64,000 nucleotides of DNA, from assembly GCF_006345805.1 (NCBI RefSeq), contig NC_043025.1, positions 11,098,001 through 11,162,000 on the forward strand, in the 5' to 3' direction. This DNA comes from Octopus sinensis (Eukaryota). The position numbers and the translations under genes were made by a program. The notes under the pieces are model-generated. The model was given only the letters and a program-made list of their open reading frames with translations, did no database searches and was not told the origin of the DNA. Positions 26,668 through 37,637 of the stretch are shown piece by piece. Position 1 is the stretch's first letter; every line of letters begins with the position of its first letter.

Positions 26668-28011
26668 TTATTCTATGTGTCCCCCTTCTTTTTCAATAAC
26701 TGCCTTCACACTCTCCCTGAAACTTGCACAGGTGTTCCTCAAATATTCGGGAGACAACTTCTCCCATTCTTCTGTAATAGTATCGTTAAGAGAGTCGACA
26801 TTGCTGTGTGATGTTCTATTGGTAGCATGTTCTAAAACGCCCCCAAATAGCATAATCCAGAGGGTTTAGATCTGGGCTAGAAGGCGGCCATAAACATGAT
26901 TCCCAAAAATCGCTAAAGTTGGATTTGCAGAAATCTTGTATTTTTCTGGCTGTGTGAGCTGGAGCACCATCCTGTGTCCATACATAATTACCATCTGTGT
27001 AGTTTGCTTTAAGCCATGGCAATACCTGGTTTCTCAGGGTCTTGTAGTAAGTATTAACATTGATCTTTTCATCAGCTTTGTAGAATTTTATAGGTGAGGG
27101 CGCGTGGCTTAGTGGTTAGGGCATTCGGCTCATGATCGTAAGGTTGTGAGTTCGATTCCCGGCGACGCGTTGTGTCCTTGAGCAAGACACTTTATTTCAC
27201 GTTGCTCCAGTCCACTCAGCTGGCAAAAATGAGTTGTACTTGTATTTCAAAGGGTCAGCTTTGTCACTTTCTGTGTCACGCTGATTATCCCCGAGAACTA
27301 CGTTAAGGGTACACGTGTCTGTGGAATGCTCAGCCATTTGCACGTCAATTTCACAAGCAAGCTGTTCCGTTGATCGTATCAGCTGGGACCCTCGTCGTCG
27401 TAACCGGCGGAGTCTTAAGAGAAGAATTTTATAGGCATTTTCTTTCCATCGGAAGCCATAACTTGTGCAGGATGTTTTGTTTTGAATGTCCCCTTAACCT
27501 CAGCTGTTGATTTGGCAATAAATCTGTCATTTCTGCGGTTCAGAACAGCATCGACAGTGAAGATCTTTTCACCTGAAAAGATTGTTAGAATGGAGGACTT
27601 TTCCTTGAACCATATAATAATTTTCTTGCACCTCTCCAATCTCTTTTCCTTCATAGCTGTTGTCAACAAATGTTTTGGTGTTCTTGTGTAAGATTTTAAC
27701 CTCAAATCATATTTTACTGCATTTCTAATGGTCTTCTTGTCTACCTCAAGTTCAATTGCCATTTTTCTCATGGATTTGGTTGGATCCTCTAGGATTTTGG
27801 ATTTGAGAGCTTTAATGAAGGCTTTGGTACGTTTTTTGCTGATTCCTCCACTTCCAGACTTCCTTGTAATAGTTTTGCTCATAGTCATTCTATTCTTTAC
27901 ATTATAAACAGTCTTTATGGACACTCCAACTATCCTTGAAATCTCCAGTGGTGTGACGACTGCATTCAGCAAATCACACACTCTTTGACGTTTGCTTTCC
28001 TGATTACTCAT
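26668..28011 (-). pseudogene. maT (DD37D) transposase pseudogene
   Basis: HTH-like N-terminus. First catalytic motif reads FSGEK (D to G), then QDGAPAH and WPPSSPDLNPLDY with 37 residues between the 2nd and 3rd D. Interrupted by a SINE at KMPIKF|YKADEK, with a frameshift near the C-terminus. Confidence 0.92.
27095..27422 (+). mobile_element. Full-length tRNA-derived CORE-like SINE with 13-bp TSD
   Basis: TSD AGAATTTTATAGG at 27082-27094 and 27423-27435; head ggcgcgtggcttagtggttagggc...gagttcgattccc; CORE-like gtgtccttgagcaagacact...; tail shared with 60352-60690. Confidence 0.9.
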
Positions 28012-28174
28012 ATGGGAAAAAGTTTCTGAAAAGGTAAGGATAATAGTGTTAGGTATGAGTATGACATCAGTATATGCTAGGTTTCAAAACAATTGACTCA
28101 GTGCCTCCTGAGAAAAAGCAACTTAACGGTCATTGTAAATTTTACTTCTTCAGCCTGTATGTATATATATATAT

Positions 28175-28215
<41 letters not shown>

Positions 28216-28224
28216 ATATGTATA

Positions 28225-28262
<38 letters not shown>

Positions 28263-28491
28263 CTTTATTTTAAGCAGCAGAAAATTCAACAAAATCTGTT
28301 ACTCTGAGTTTCTCGTTGCCGTTCATCAGACAGTTTTTTCTAGCAAAAACTGTCTGATGAACGGCAACGAGAAACTCAGAGTAACAGATTTTGTTGAATT
28401 TTCTGCTGCTTAAAATAAAGCATATTACTCTACCACTGGTATTTGAGTACTCTTTTTTCCACCTTGTTTCACATTTATGTGTTTACTCCAG
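28263..28491. mobile_element. Palindromic element (perfect 76-bp stem, 6-nt loop) plus a 71-bp unpaired tail between (TA)n tracts; probably derived from a Penelope-like terminal repeat
   Basis: 28263-28338 is the exact reverse complement of 28345-28420; contains the hammerhead core. The PLE assignment is inference. Confidence 0.65.
28345..28392 (+). ncRNA. Minimal type I hammerhead ribozyme motif (mirror copy on the minus strand in the left arm, ~28291-28338)
   Basis: CUGAUGA 28354-28360; stem II ACG-GCAA-CGA (10.1/11.1 A-A mismatch); GAAA 28371-28374; palindromic stem III ACUC-A-GAGU; GUA cleavage triplet 28381-28383; stem I CUGU/ACAG plus AAAA/UUUU. Confidence 0.7.
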
Positions 28492-28512
<21 letters not shown>

Positions 28513-28522
<10 letters not shown>

Positions 28523-28789
28523 TTAGAGACAACACCACTATTATGCAAATCAAACAAAGAAAGACTTAATCCAATACATAAAAAATTTTATATAAATTAA
28601 ATATATTATATTATATTTAATTTCATTTATATAAAAAATTTTATGTATTGGATTAAGTCTTTCTTTGTTTGATTTGCATAATAGTGGTTTTGTCTCTAAT
28701 TAATATTATATTATATTTTACTATAAAATTGGATTCAATCCTAAATCTGATTTTTCCCTGTAAATTTGGATTTATTCCCTAATATTTAT

Positions 28790-28795
<6 letters not shown>
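28513..28795. repeat. AT-rich palindrome (~90-bp imperfect arms, 28513-28709) plus unpaired tail, between (TA)n tracts
   Basis: ataatattaattagagacaacaccactattatgcaaatcaaacaaag... is mirrored by ...ctttgtttgatttgcataatagtggttttgtctctaattaatattat. Confidence 0.8.
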
Positions 28796-28827
<32 letters not shown>

Positions 28828-28896
28828 TCATAAATGAGGGTGAAAAATTAGATATTAATTTAATAATACCGTCAGTTTAACACGTATATATATGAA

Positions 28897-29268
28897 CTAG
28901 CAGTATCGCCCGGCGTTGCTCGGGTTTGTAAGGGAAATAACTATAAAGCATTTTTAGAGAGTTATAGCCAAAAAATGAAAAAAAAAATGATGGTAAATTT
29001 TTTTTAGTTAAAATAGGTGGAGTTGCGTCCCCTAGACAGTCTGTGGTTTGTGTTTCTGATTCTCGACCCCATGTCGAATTTATCGATTTTTTTCAGAACT
29101 GGGGGAACTTTTCAAAATTTTCGCTGCGTTAGTTTTGAATTATGACATTGGGCTATGTGTGTGTCAAGTTTCATCAGAATCGGTTGAAAGCCGTGGTCAG
29201 GGTGAGGGTACAACCTGACAGACACACAGAAACACACACAGACAAACTGCCGTTTATATATAGAGAGA
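28897..29268 (-). mobile_element. Complete non-autonomous Helitron (372 bp)
   Basis: Minus strand A|TC...cccgagcaacgccggg...CTAG|T; same family as 12134-12505. Confidence 0.85.
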
Positions 29269-29538
29269 TGTATATATACATACACACATAAATGAACGGC
29301 AGATCAACAGACAAAAATTACAAAGAAAATTGGTGGTTGACCCAGCCAGCGTGTAATGTGTGTGTGCGTGTGTTATTTATATTGTGTGTATTCTGTGTGT
29401 AACTATACATTTATTTATATATCTATGTCATATACGCAATATATGCATTGCACGTGTGTATGTATATTTTTTGAGTTTTGTATCTATATGTGTATATGTA
29501 TGTTTATGTATATATAGGTATGTATATATATATAGGTA

Positions 29539-29576
<38 letters not shown>

Positions 29577-29867
29577 GTTGGAATTTACAAAAAAACAAAA
29601 GACGACAGGTGTATAAACAACAAACAGATGTATTAGTTTAACGCTCAGAAAGGTCAGAAAGTCTTTTATATATATATATATATATACACACACGTTTATA
29701 TATTTGTTGTGCAAGATTTTTGATGTGAAGTCATGTGTTGAAACAGATATTGTTATATTTCGGAATGGTCATTTTACCAGTTTAGCCAATAAAAACATAT
29801 GCACAATATATTTGGTGTTACTTTGCTCAGCGTTATTTATTTTTTACAAGAACAGAAGCAACACCAG

Positions 29868-31098
29868 TTGAAATATAGGTACAACAGAAACAGGAAGTAA
29901 GAGTGAGAGAAAGTTGTGGTGAAAGAGTACAGCAGGGATCACCACCATCCCCTGCCGGAGCCTCGTGGAGCTTTTTAGGTTTTTTCGCTCAATAAACACT
30001 CACAACGCCCGGTCTGGGAATCGAAACCGCGAGTCCGCTGCCCTAACCACTGGGCCATTGCGCCTCTCCAAGGCGAATACAGGTCTGTGTACCCTTAACG
30101 TAGTTCTCGGGGATATTCAGCGTGACACAGAGAGTGACAAGGCCGGCCCTTTGAAATACAGGCACAACAGAAACAGGAAGGAAGAGTGAGAGAGAAAGTT
30201 GTGAAAGAGTACAGCAGGGATCACCACCATCCCCTGCCGGAGCCTCGTGGAGCTTTTTAGGTGTTTTCGCTCAATAAACACTCAGAACGCCTGGTCTGGG
30301 AATCGAAACCACGAGTCCGCTGCCCTAACCACTGGGCCATTGCGCCTCTCCAAGGCGAATACAGGTCTGTGTACCCTTAACGTAGTTCTCGGGGATATTC
30401 AGCGTGACACAGAGAGTGACAAGGCCGGCCCTTTGAAATACAGGCACAACAGAAACAGGAAGGAAGAGTGAGAGAAAGTTGTGAAAGAGTACAGCAGGGA
30501 TCACCACCATCCCCTGCCGGAGCCTCGTGGAGCTTTTTAGGTGTTTTCGCTCAATAAACACTCAGAACGCCTGGTCTGGGAATCGAAACCGCGAGTCCGC
30601 TGCCCTAACCACTGGGCCATTGCGCCTCTCCAAGGCGAATACAGGTCTGTGTACCCTTAACGTAGTTCTCGGGGATATTCAGCGTGACACAGAGAGTGAC
30701 AAGGCCGGCCCTTTGAAATACAGGCACAACAGAAACAGGAAGAAAGAGTGAGAGAAAGTTGTGAAAGAGTACAGCAGGGATCACCACCATCCCCTGCCGG
30801 AGCCTCGTGGAGCTTTTTAGGTGTTTTCGCTCAATAAACACTCACAACGCCCGGTCTGGGAATCGAAACTGCGATCCACTGCCCTAACCACTGGGCCATT
30901 GCGCCTCCACAGGTACAACAGAAACAGGAGAAGAGTGAGAGAGTTGTGGTGAAAAATAGCAGCATCAGGGATCCACCACCATCCCCTGCCGGAGCCTCGT
31001 GAGCTTTTAGGTGTTTTCGCTCAATAAACACTCACAACGCCTGGTCTGGGAATCGAAACCGCGAGTCCGCTGCCCTAACCACTGGGCCATTGCGCCTC
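29868..31098 (-). repeat. Tandem array of a tRNA-derived SINE (~280-bp unit, ~4.5 copies)
   Basis: Anchors at 29965, 30247, 30527, 30807; minus-strand head ggcgcaatggcccagtggttagggc...ggtttcgattccc. Confidence 0.9.
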
Positions 31099-31384
31099 TG
31101 TTTCTAAATAATGCGTGGTCACGTTTGTGTTTATCTTGTAAACGTCAATGTACTTTTAATTTGCTTTCCCTGTAAGCAAAAATTTCTTATATACAGCGTA
31201 ATTAAGTCTTTTTCACAAGTCCATTATCTTTGATTTGCATCAGTTATTAGACTACGGTCATGCTGCAGCACCGCCTTCAAGAATTTGGCACACAAGGTGG
31301 AGATGTAAACACACCCACACACACATAAACATACATACAAACATACACAGGCATATATATATACATACATATACACACACACAT

Positions 31385-31582
31385 ATATATACTCTTTTTT
31401 ACTTGTTTCAGTCATTTGACTGCGGCCATGCTGGAGCACCGCCTTTAGTCGAGCAACTCGACCCCGGGACTTATTCTTTTGTAAACCCAGTACTTATTCT
31501 ATCGATCTCTTTTTGCCGAACCGCTAAATGACGGGGACGTAAACACACCAGCATCGGTTGTCAAGCAATGCTAGGGGAACAA

Positions 31583-31617
<35 letters not shown>

Positions 31618-32015
31618 CATATATACGACAGGCTTCTTTCAGTTTCCGTCTACCAAATCCACTCACAAGGCATTGGTCGGCCCGAGGCTATAGCAGAAGA
31701 CACTTGCCCAAGATGCCACGCAGTGGGACTGAACCCGGAACCATGTGGTTGGTTAGCAAGCTACTTACCACACAGCCACTCCTGCGCCTATATATATACT
31801 CTTTTTACTTGTTTCAGTCATTTGACTGCGGCCATGCTGCAGCACCGCCTTTAGTCGAGCAACTCGACCCCGGGACTTATTCTTTTGTAAACCCAGTACT
31901 TATTCTATCGATCTCTTTTTGCCGAACCGCTAAATGACGGGGACGTAAACACACCAGCATCGGTTGTCAAGCAATGCTAAAGTGACAAACACAGACACAC
32001 AAACACACACATGCA
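31385..32015 (-). mobile_element. Full-length 177-family SINE (tail, microsatellite, head) plus an extra tail
   Basis: Reverse complement of tail ~31390-31590, head ~31625-31790, second tail ~31800-32015. Confidence 0.8.
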
Positions 32016-32919
32016 TATCATCATCATCATCATCATCATTTAGCGTCCGCTTTCCATGCTGGCATGGGTTGGACGGTTCAACTGGGGTCTGGGAGGCCAG
32101 GAGGCTGCACCAGGCTCCAATCTGATCTGGCAGTGTTTCTACAGCTGGATGCCCTTCCTAACACCAACCACTCCATGAGTGTAGTGGGTGCTTTTTCTGT
32201 GCCACCGGCACAGGTGCCAGGCGAGGCTGGCAATGGCCACGATCGGATTGGTGCTTTTTGTGTGCCACCGGCACAGAAGCCAGTCAAGGCGGCACTGGCA
32301 TCGGCCACGTTCGGATGTTTTTTTTTATGAAGGTGAATGTTAATCGGTTAATTAATTAATTAATTTGGGTCCATTATATTTCTCCGTTTTCATACTTAAT
32401 AATATTTGATATTTTTGATATTTTACATATTACATTCATTGAAGAAATCATCATCATCATCATCGTTTAACGTCTGTTCTCCATGTTAGCATGGATTGGA
32501 CGGTTTGACCGGGATCTGGGAGGCCAGAAGGCTGCACCAGACTCCAATCTGATCTGGCAATATTTCTACGGCTGGATACTCTTCCTAACACCAACCACTC
32601 CGTGAGTGTAGTGGGTGCCTTTTACGTGCCAGACGGGGCTGGCAAACGGCCATACTTTAAACATACATGTATACCTGTAACATGTGTACATCCACATGAT
32701 CGCAAAATCATGGTTTGAATTCATGGACCAGGCAGTGTGTTATGTTCTTGAGCAAAAGATTTCATCTCGTCGTTGTACAATCACTTCGATATCGGATATG
32801 TGGCCGCACATGCGTCTGTACAAGCAATGTCAGTTAGGAGAGACAGAGATAGCTCATGTACCGCACAGACATTTGATCGAAGTAAACGAATAATCTGAGC
32901 AGATTATCGTGGCCGTTCG

Positions 32920-33815
32920 CCACCCTCATCTGGCACCTGTTTCGGTGGCACATAAAAAACACCATCTGAGCGTGGCCGTTCGCCAGCCTCGTCTGGCACC
33001 GGTGTCGGTGGCACATAAAAAACACCATCCGAGCGTGGCCGTCTGCCAGCCTCGTCTGGCACCTGTGTCGGTGGCACATAAAAAACACCATCCGAGCGTG
33101 GCCGTCTGCCAGCCTCGTCTGGCACCTGTGTTGTGGGCACATAAAAAACACCATCCGAGCGTGGCCGTTCGCCAGCCTCGTCTGGCACCTGTGTCGGTGG
33201 CACATAAAAAACACCATCCGAGCGTGGCCGTTCGCCAGCCTCGTCTGGCACCTGTGTCGGTGGCACATAAAAAACACCATCCAAGCGTGGCCGTCTGCCA
33301 GCCTCGTCTGGCACCTGTGTCGGTGGCACATAAAAAACACCATCCGAGTGTGGCTGTTCGCCAGCCTCGTCTGGCACCTGTGTTGGTGGCACATAAAAAA
33401 CACCATCCGAGCGTGGCCGTTCGCCAGCCTCGTCTGGCACCTGTGTCGGTGGCACATAAAAAACACCATCCGAGCGTGGCCGTTCGCCAGCCTCGTCTGG
33501 CACCTGTGTCGGTGGCACATAAAAAACAACCATCCGAGCGTGCCGTTTGCCAGCCTCGTCTGGCACCTGTGTCGGTGGCACATAAAAAACACCATCCGAG
33601 CGTGGCCGTCTGCCAGCCTCGTCTGGCACATAAGATCACCCACTACACTCTCAGAGTGGTTGGCGTTAGGAAGGGCATCCAGCTGTAGAAACACTGCCAG
33701 ATCTGACTGGAGCCTGGTGCATCCTTCGGGCTCCCCAGACCCCAGTTGAACCGTCCAACCCATGCTAGCATGGAAAGCGGACGTTAAATGATGCTGATGA
33801 TGATGATGATGATTG
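32920..33815 (+). repeat. 63-bp minisatellite (~11 copies) inside a (GAT)n-tailed retroposon
   Basis: Unit gtggcacataaaaaacaccatccgagcgtggccgttcgccagcctcgtctggcacctgtgtcg, followed by the standard tail to (gat)n. Confidence 0.9.
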
Positions 33816-34166
33816 TTCAGCAAGAGATTGCAGAACCATCTTTCTCAGACTCAGGAAGCTACTGAGAGCAATATCTTCATGTACAGACATATTTGCATAT
33901 CACATAGTGACAATGAACTGATGGACTTCTAGATTCCCCATGTCTGTATTCCCCCCATTATGATCTACATAAAACAGCAAATTATTGGCAACACAGAAAT
34001 GAGAAGAAGAAGAAAGCACACAAGCTATGACCTTCTATAAAAATTAGTATTTGTTTAAAGTTTGTACAGGTTTCTCCTTCATTTTATAGACTTTTCAGTG
34101 TTCATTTTTTCTCATTTACAGTATGCAAGTAAGTAATATAAAACAGCAAAAAAAATGATAATACTT

Positions 34167-35894
34167 AGGCGCAGGAGTGGCTGTGTGGTAACTAGCTTGC
34201 TAACCAACCACATGGTTCCGGGTTCAGTCCCACTGCGTGGCATCTTGGGCAAGTGTCTTCTGCTATAGCCTCGGGCCGACCAATGCCTTGTGAGTGGATT
34301 TGGTAGACGGAAACTGAAAGAAGCCTGTCGTATATATGTGTATGGCTGTGTGGTAAGTAGCTTGCTTACCACCCACGTGGTTCCGGGTTCAGTCCCACTG
34401 CGTGGCATCTTGGGCAAGTGTCTTCTGCTATAGCCTCAGGCTGACCAATGCCTTGTGAGTGGATTTGGTAGACGGAAACTGAAAGAAGCCTGTCGTATAT
34501 ATGTGTATGGCTGTGTGGTATAGCTTGCTAACCAACCACATGGTTCCGGGTTCAGTCCCACTGCGTGGCATCTTGGGCAAGTGTCTTCTGCTATAGCCTC
34601 AGGCTGACCAATGCCTTGTGAGTGATTTGGTAGACGGAAACTGAAAGAAGCCTGTCGTATATATGTGTATGGCTGGTGGGTAAGTACTTGCTTACCACCC
34701 ACGTGGTTCCGGGTTCAGTCCCACTGCGTGGCATCTTGGGCAAGTGTCTTCTGCTATAGCCTCGGGCCGACCAATGCCTTGTGAGTGGATTTGGTAGACG
34801 GAAACTGAAAGAAGCCTGTCGTATATATGTGTATGGCTGTGTGGTAAGTAGCTTGCTTACCACCCACATGGTTCCGGGTTCAGTCCCACTGCGTGGCATC
34901 TTGGGCAAGTGTCTTCTGCTATAGCCTCGGGCCGACCAATGCCTTGTGAGTGGATTTGGTGGACGGAAACTGAAAGAAGCCTGTCGTATATATGTGTATG
35001 GCTGTGTGGTAAGTAGCTTGCTAACCAACCACATGGTTCCGGGTTCAGTCCCACTGCGTGGCATCTTGGGCAAGTGTCTTCTGCTATAGCCTCGGGCCGA
35101 CCAATGCCTTGTGAGTGGATTTGGTAGACGGAAACTGAAAGAAGCCTGTCGTATATATGTGTATGGCTGTGTGGTAAGTAGCTTGCTAACCAACCACATG
35201 GTTCCGGGTTCAGTCCCACTGCGTGGCATCTTGGGCAAGTGTCTTCTGCTATAGCCTCGGGCCGACCAATGCCTTGTGAGTGGATTTGGTAGACGGAAAC
35301 TGAAAGAAGCCTGTCGTATATATGTGTATGGCTGTGTGGTAAGTAGCTTGCTAACCACCCACGTGGTTCCGGGTTCAGTCCCACTGCGTGGCATCTTGGG
35401 CAAGTGTCTTCTGCTATAGCCTCGGGCCGACCAATGCCTTGTGAGTGGATTTGGTAGACGGAAACTGAAAGAAGCCTGTCGTATATATGTGTATGGCTGT
35501 GTGGTAAGTAGCTTGCTAACCAACCACATGGTTCCGGGTTCAGTCCCACTGCGTGGCATCTTGGGCAAGTGTCTTCTGCTATAGCCTCGGGCCGACCAAT
35601 GCCTTGTGAGTGGATTTGGTAGATGGAAACTGAAAGAAGCCTGTCGTATATATGCATATACATATATGTATGTGTGTGTGTGTTTGTGTGTCTGTGTTTG
35701 TCCCCCTAGCATTGCTTGACAACCGATGCTGGTGTGTTTACGTCCCCGTCACTTAGCGGTTCGGCAAAAGAGACCGATAGAATAAGTACTGGGCTTACAA
35801 AGAAGAATAAGTCCCGGGGTCGATTTGCTCGACTAAAGGCGGTGCTCCAGCATGGTCGCAGTCAAATGACTGAAACAAGTAAAAGAGTAAAGAG
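34167..35894 (+). repeat. SINE-head array (165-bp unit, 9 heads) plus one tail
   Basis: 55-aa ORF periodicity; first head complete (ggcgcaggagtggctg); single tail ending gtaaaagagtaaagag. Confidence 0.9.
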
Positions 35895-36814
35895 TTAGAA
35901 GTGAAGATCAAGAGCTATTGTATGGAAGCAAATATTTTTTAATCGTATAATTTTATCTCATGTAATGTTGAAATAGCCTTATCTTATCAATACTAATCAT
36001 TGGCACATTAAAGAAAATTTTAATAGAGTAACTAATATGCTTTACATGCCTATGTCTGTATGTGATATATATACATACCTACATGTATACACATCATCAT
36101 CATCATCATCATCATCATTTAGCGTCCGCTTTCCATGCCAGCATGGGTTGGACGGGTCAACTGGGGTCTGTGAAGCTGGAAGGTTTCGTCAGGCCCAGTC
36201 AGATCTGGCAGTGTTTCTACGGCTGGATGCCCTTCCTAACGCCAACCACTCCGCGATTGTAGTGGGTGTTTTTTACGTGCCACCTGCACAGGTGCCAGAC
36301 AGAGCTGGCAAACGGCCACGATATATATATATACATACATACATACATACATACATCTATATATACATATATACATACATTTATATACATATATACATAC
36401 ACACATACATATATATATACATCTCGTCTGGCACCTGTGTCGGTGACACATAAAAAACACCATCCGAACGTATCCGTCTGCCAGCCTCGTCTGCCCCTGT
36501 GTCGGTGGCACATAAAATCACCCACTACACTCTCGGAGTGGTTGGCGTTAGGAAGGGCATCAAGCTGTAGAAACACTGCCAGATCTGACTGGCATGGTGC
36601 AGCCTTCGGGCTCCCCAGACCCCAGTTGAACCGTCCAACCCATGCTAGCATGGAAAGCGGACGTTAAACGATGATGATGATGATGATGATGATATACATA
36701 CATATAAGCATTCCTATAATCGCAGCTACATTACAAATAAATATGGTGTATATATCTGTGTTGTGTTTATGTATGTATGTGTGAGCAAACATACTGTACT
36801 TTGAGGAAATGTTC

Positions 36815-37455
36815 GTGGCCGTTTGCCAGCTCTGTCTGGCAACCGTGTCAGTGGCACGTAAAAGCACCATCCGTTCGCGTCCGTTGCCAGCCTCGGCTGG
36901 CCCCCGTGCCGGTGACACGTAAAAGCACCGTCCGTTCGTGGCCGTTTGTCAGCTCTGTCTGGCCCCGTGCCAGTGACACGTAAAAGCACCATCCGTTCGT
37001 GGCCGTTTGTCAGCTCTGTCTGGCCCCGTGCCAGTGACACGTAAAAGCACCATCCGTTCGTGGCCGTTTGTCAGCTCTGTCTGGCCCCATGCCGTTGACA
37101 CGTAAAAGCACCGTCCGTTCGTGGCCGTTTGTCAGCTCTGTCTGGCCCCGTGTCGGTGGCACGTAAAAGCACCGTCCGTTCGTGTCCGTTGCCAGCATCG
37201 CCTGGCCCCGTGCCGGTGACACGTAAAAGCACCATCCGTTCGTGGCCGTTCGCCAGCTCTGTCTGGCACCTGTGCAGGTGGCACGTAAAAAACACCCACT
37301 ACACTCGCGGAGTGGTTGGCGTTAGGAAGGGCATCCAGCCGTAGAAACACTGCCAGATCTGACTGGGCCTGACGAAGCCTTCCAGCTTCACAGACCCCAG
37401 TTGACCCGTCCAACCCATGCTAGCATGGAAAGCGGATGCTAAATGATGATGATGT
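36815..37455 (+). repeat. 61-bp minisatellite (~8 copies) inside a (GAT)n-tailed retroposon
   Basis: gacacgtaaaagc anchors at 36914, 36975, 37036; tail follows. Confidence 0.85.
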
Positions 37456-37637
37456 AGGCATACAAATCTGTTAATGCTTACAATATATGCATATGCTTCT
37501 ACATGTGCATACGGAGGGGAGGGCTTTATTGATAATCGCACACATACACATGTATAGTTATATATAAACACATAAACACACATATTCATGAGTGTGTGTG
37601 TGTGTATAGCATGTACACAAAGATAGCCTGAGGTAGG

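Larger units (their letters stand above)
26541..28157 (-). mobile_element. Tc1/mariner-superfamily transposon, DD37D (maT) type, non-functional
   Basis: 26-bp imperfect TIRs (tagggtgaggaagcaaaatttacaat at 26541-26566; attgtaaattttacttcttcagcctg at 28132-28157, followed by TA). About 1.28 kb once the SINE insert is removed. Confidence 0.9.

Noticed and set aside
27098-27170. tRNA gene (CAT anticodon-like loop), and similar tRNA-like heads elsewhere
   Set aside because: No acceptor-stem 3' strand or oligo-T terminator; continues into a SINE body and is bounded by a TSD.
29750-29810. Minus-strand CTGGTAA...GAAA as a hammerhead variant
   Set aside because: Core deviates at invariant positions and stem I does not pair.
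33820-34110. Non-repetitive-looking stretches here and at 38500-38700 as exons
   Set aside because: No frame stays open between plausible splice sites and there are no recognisable motifs.
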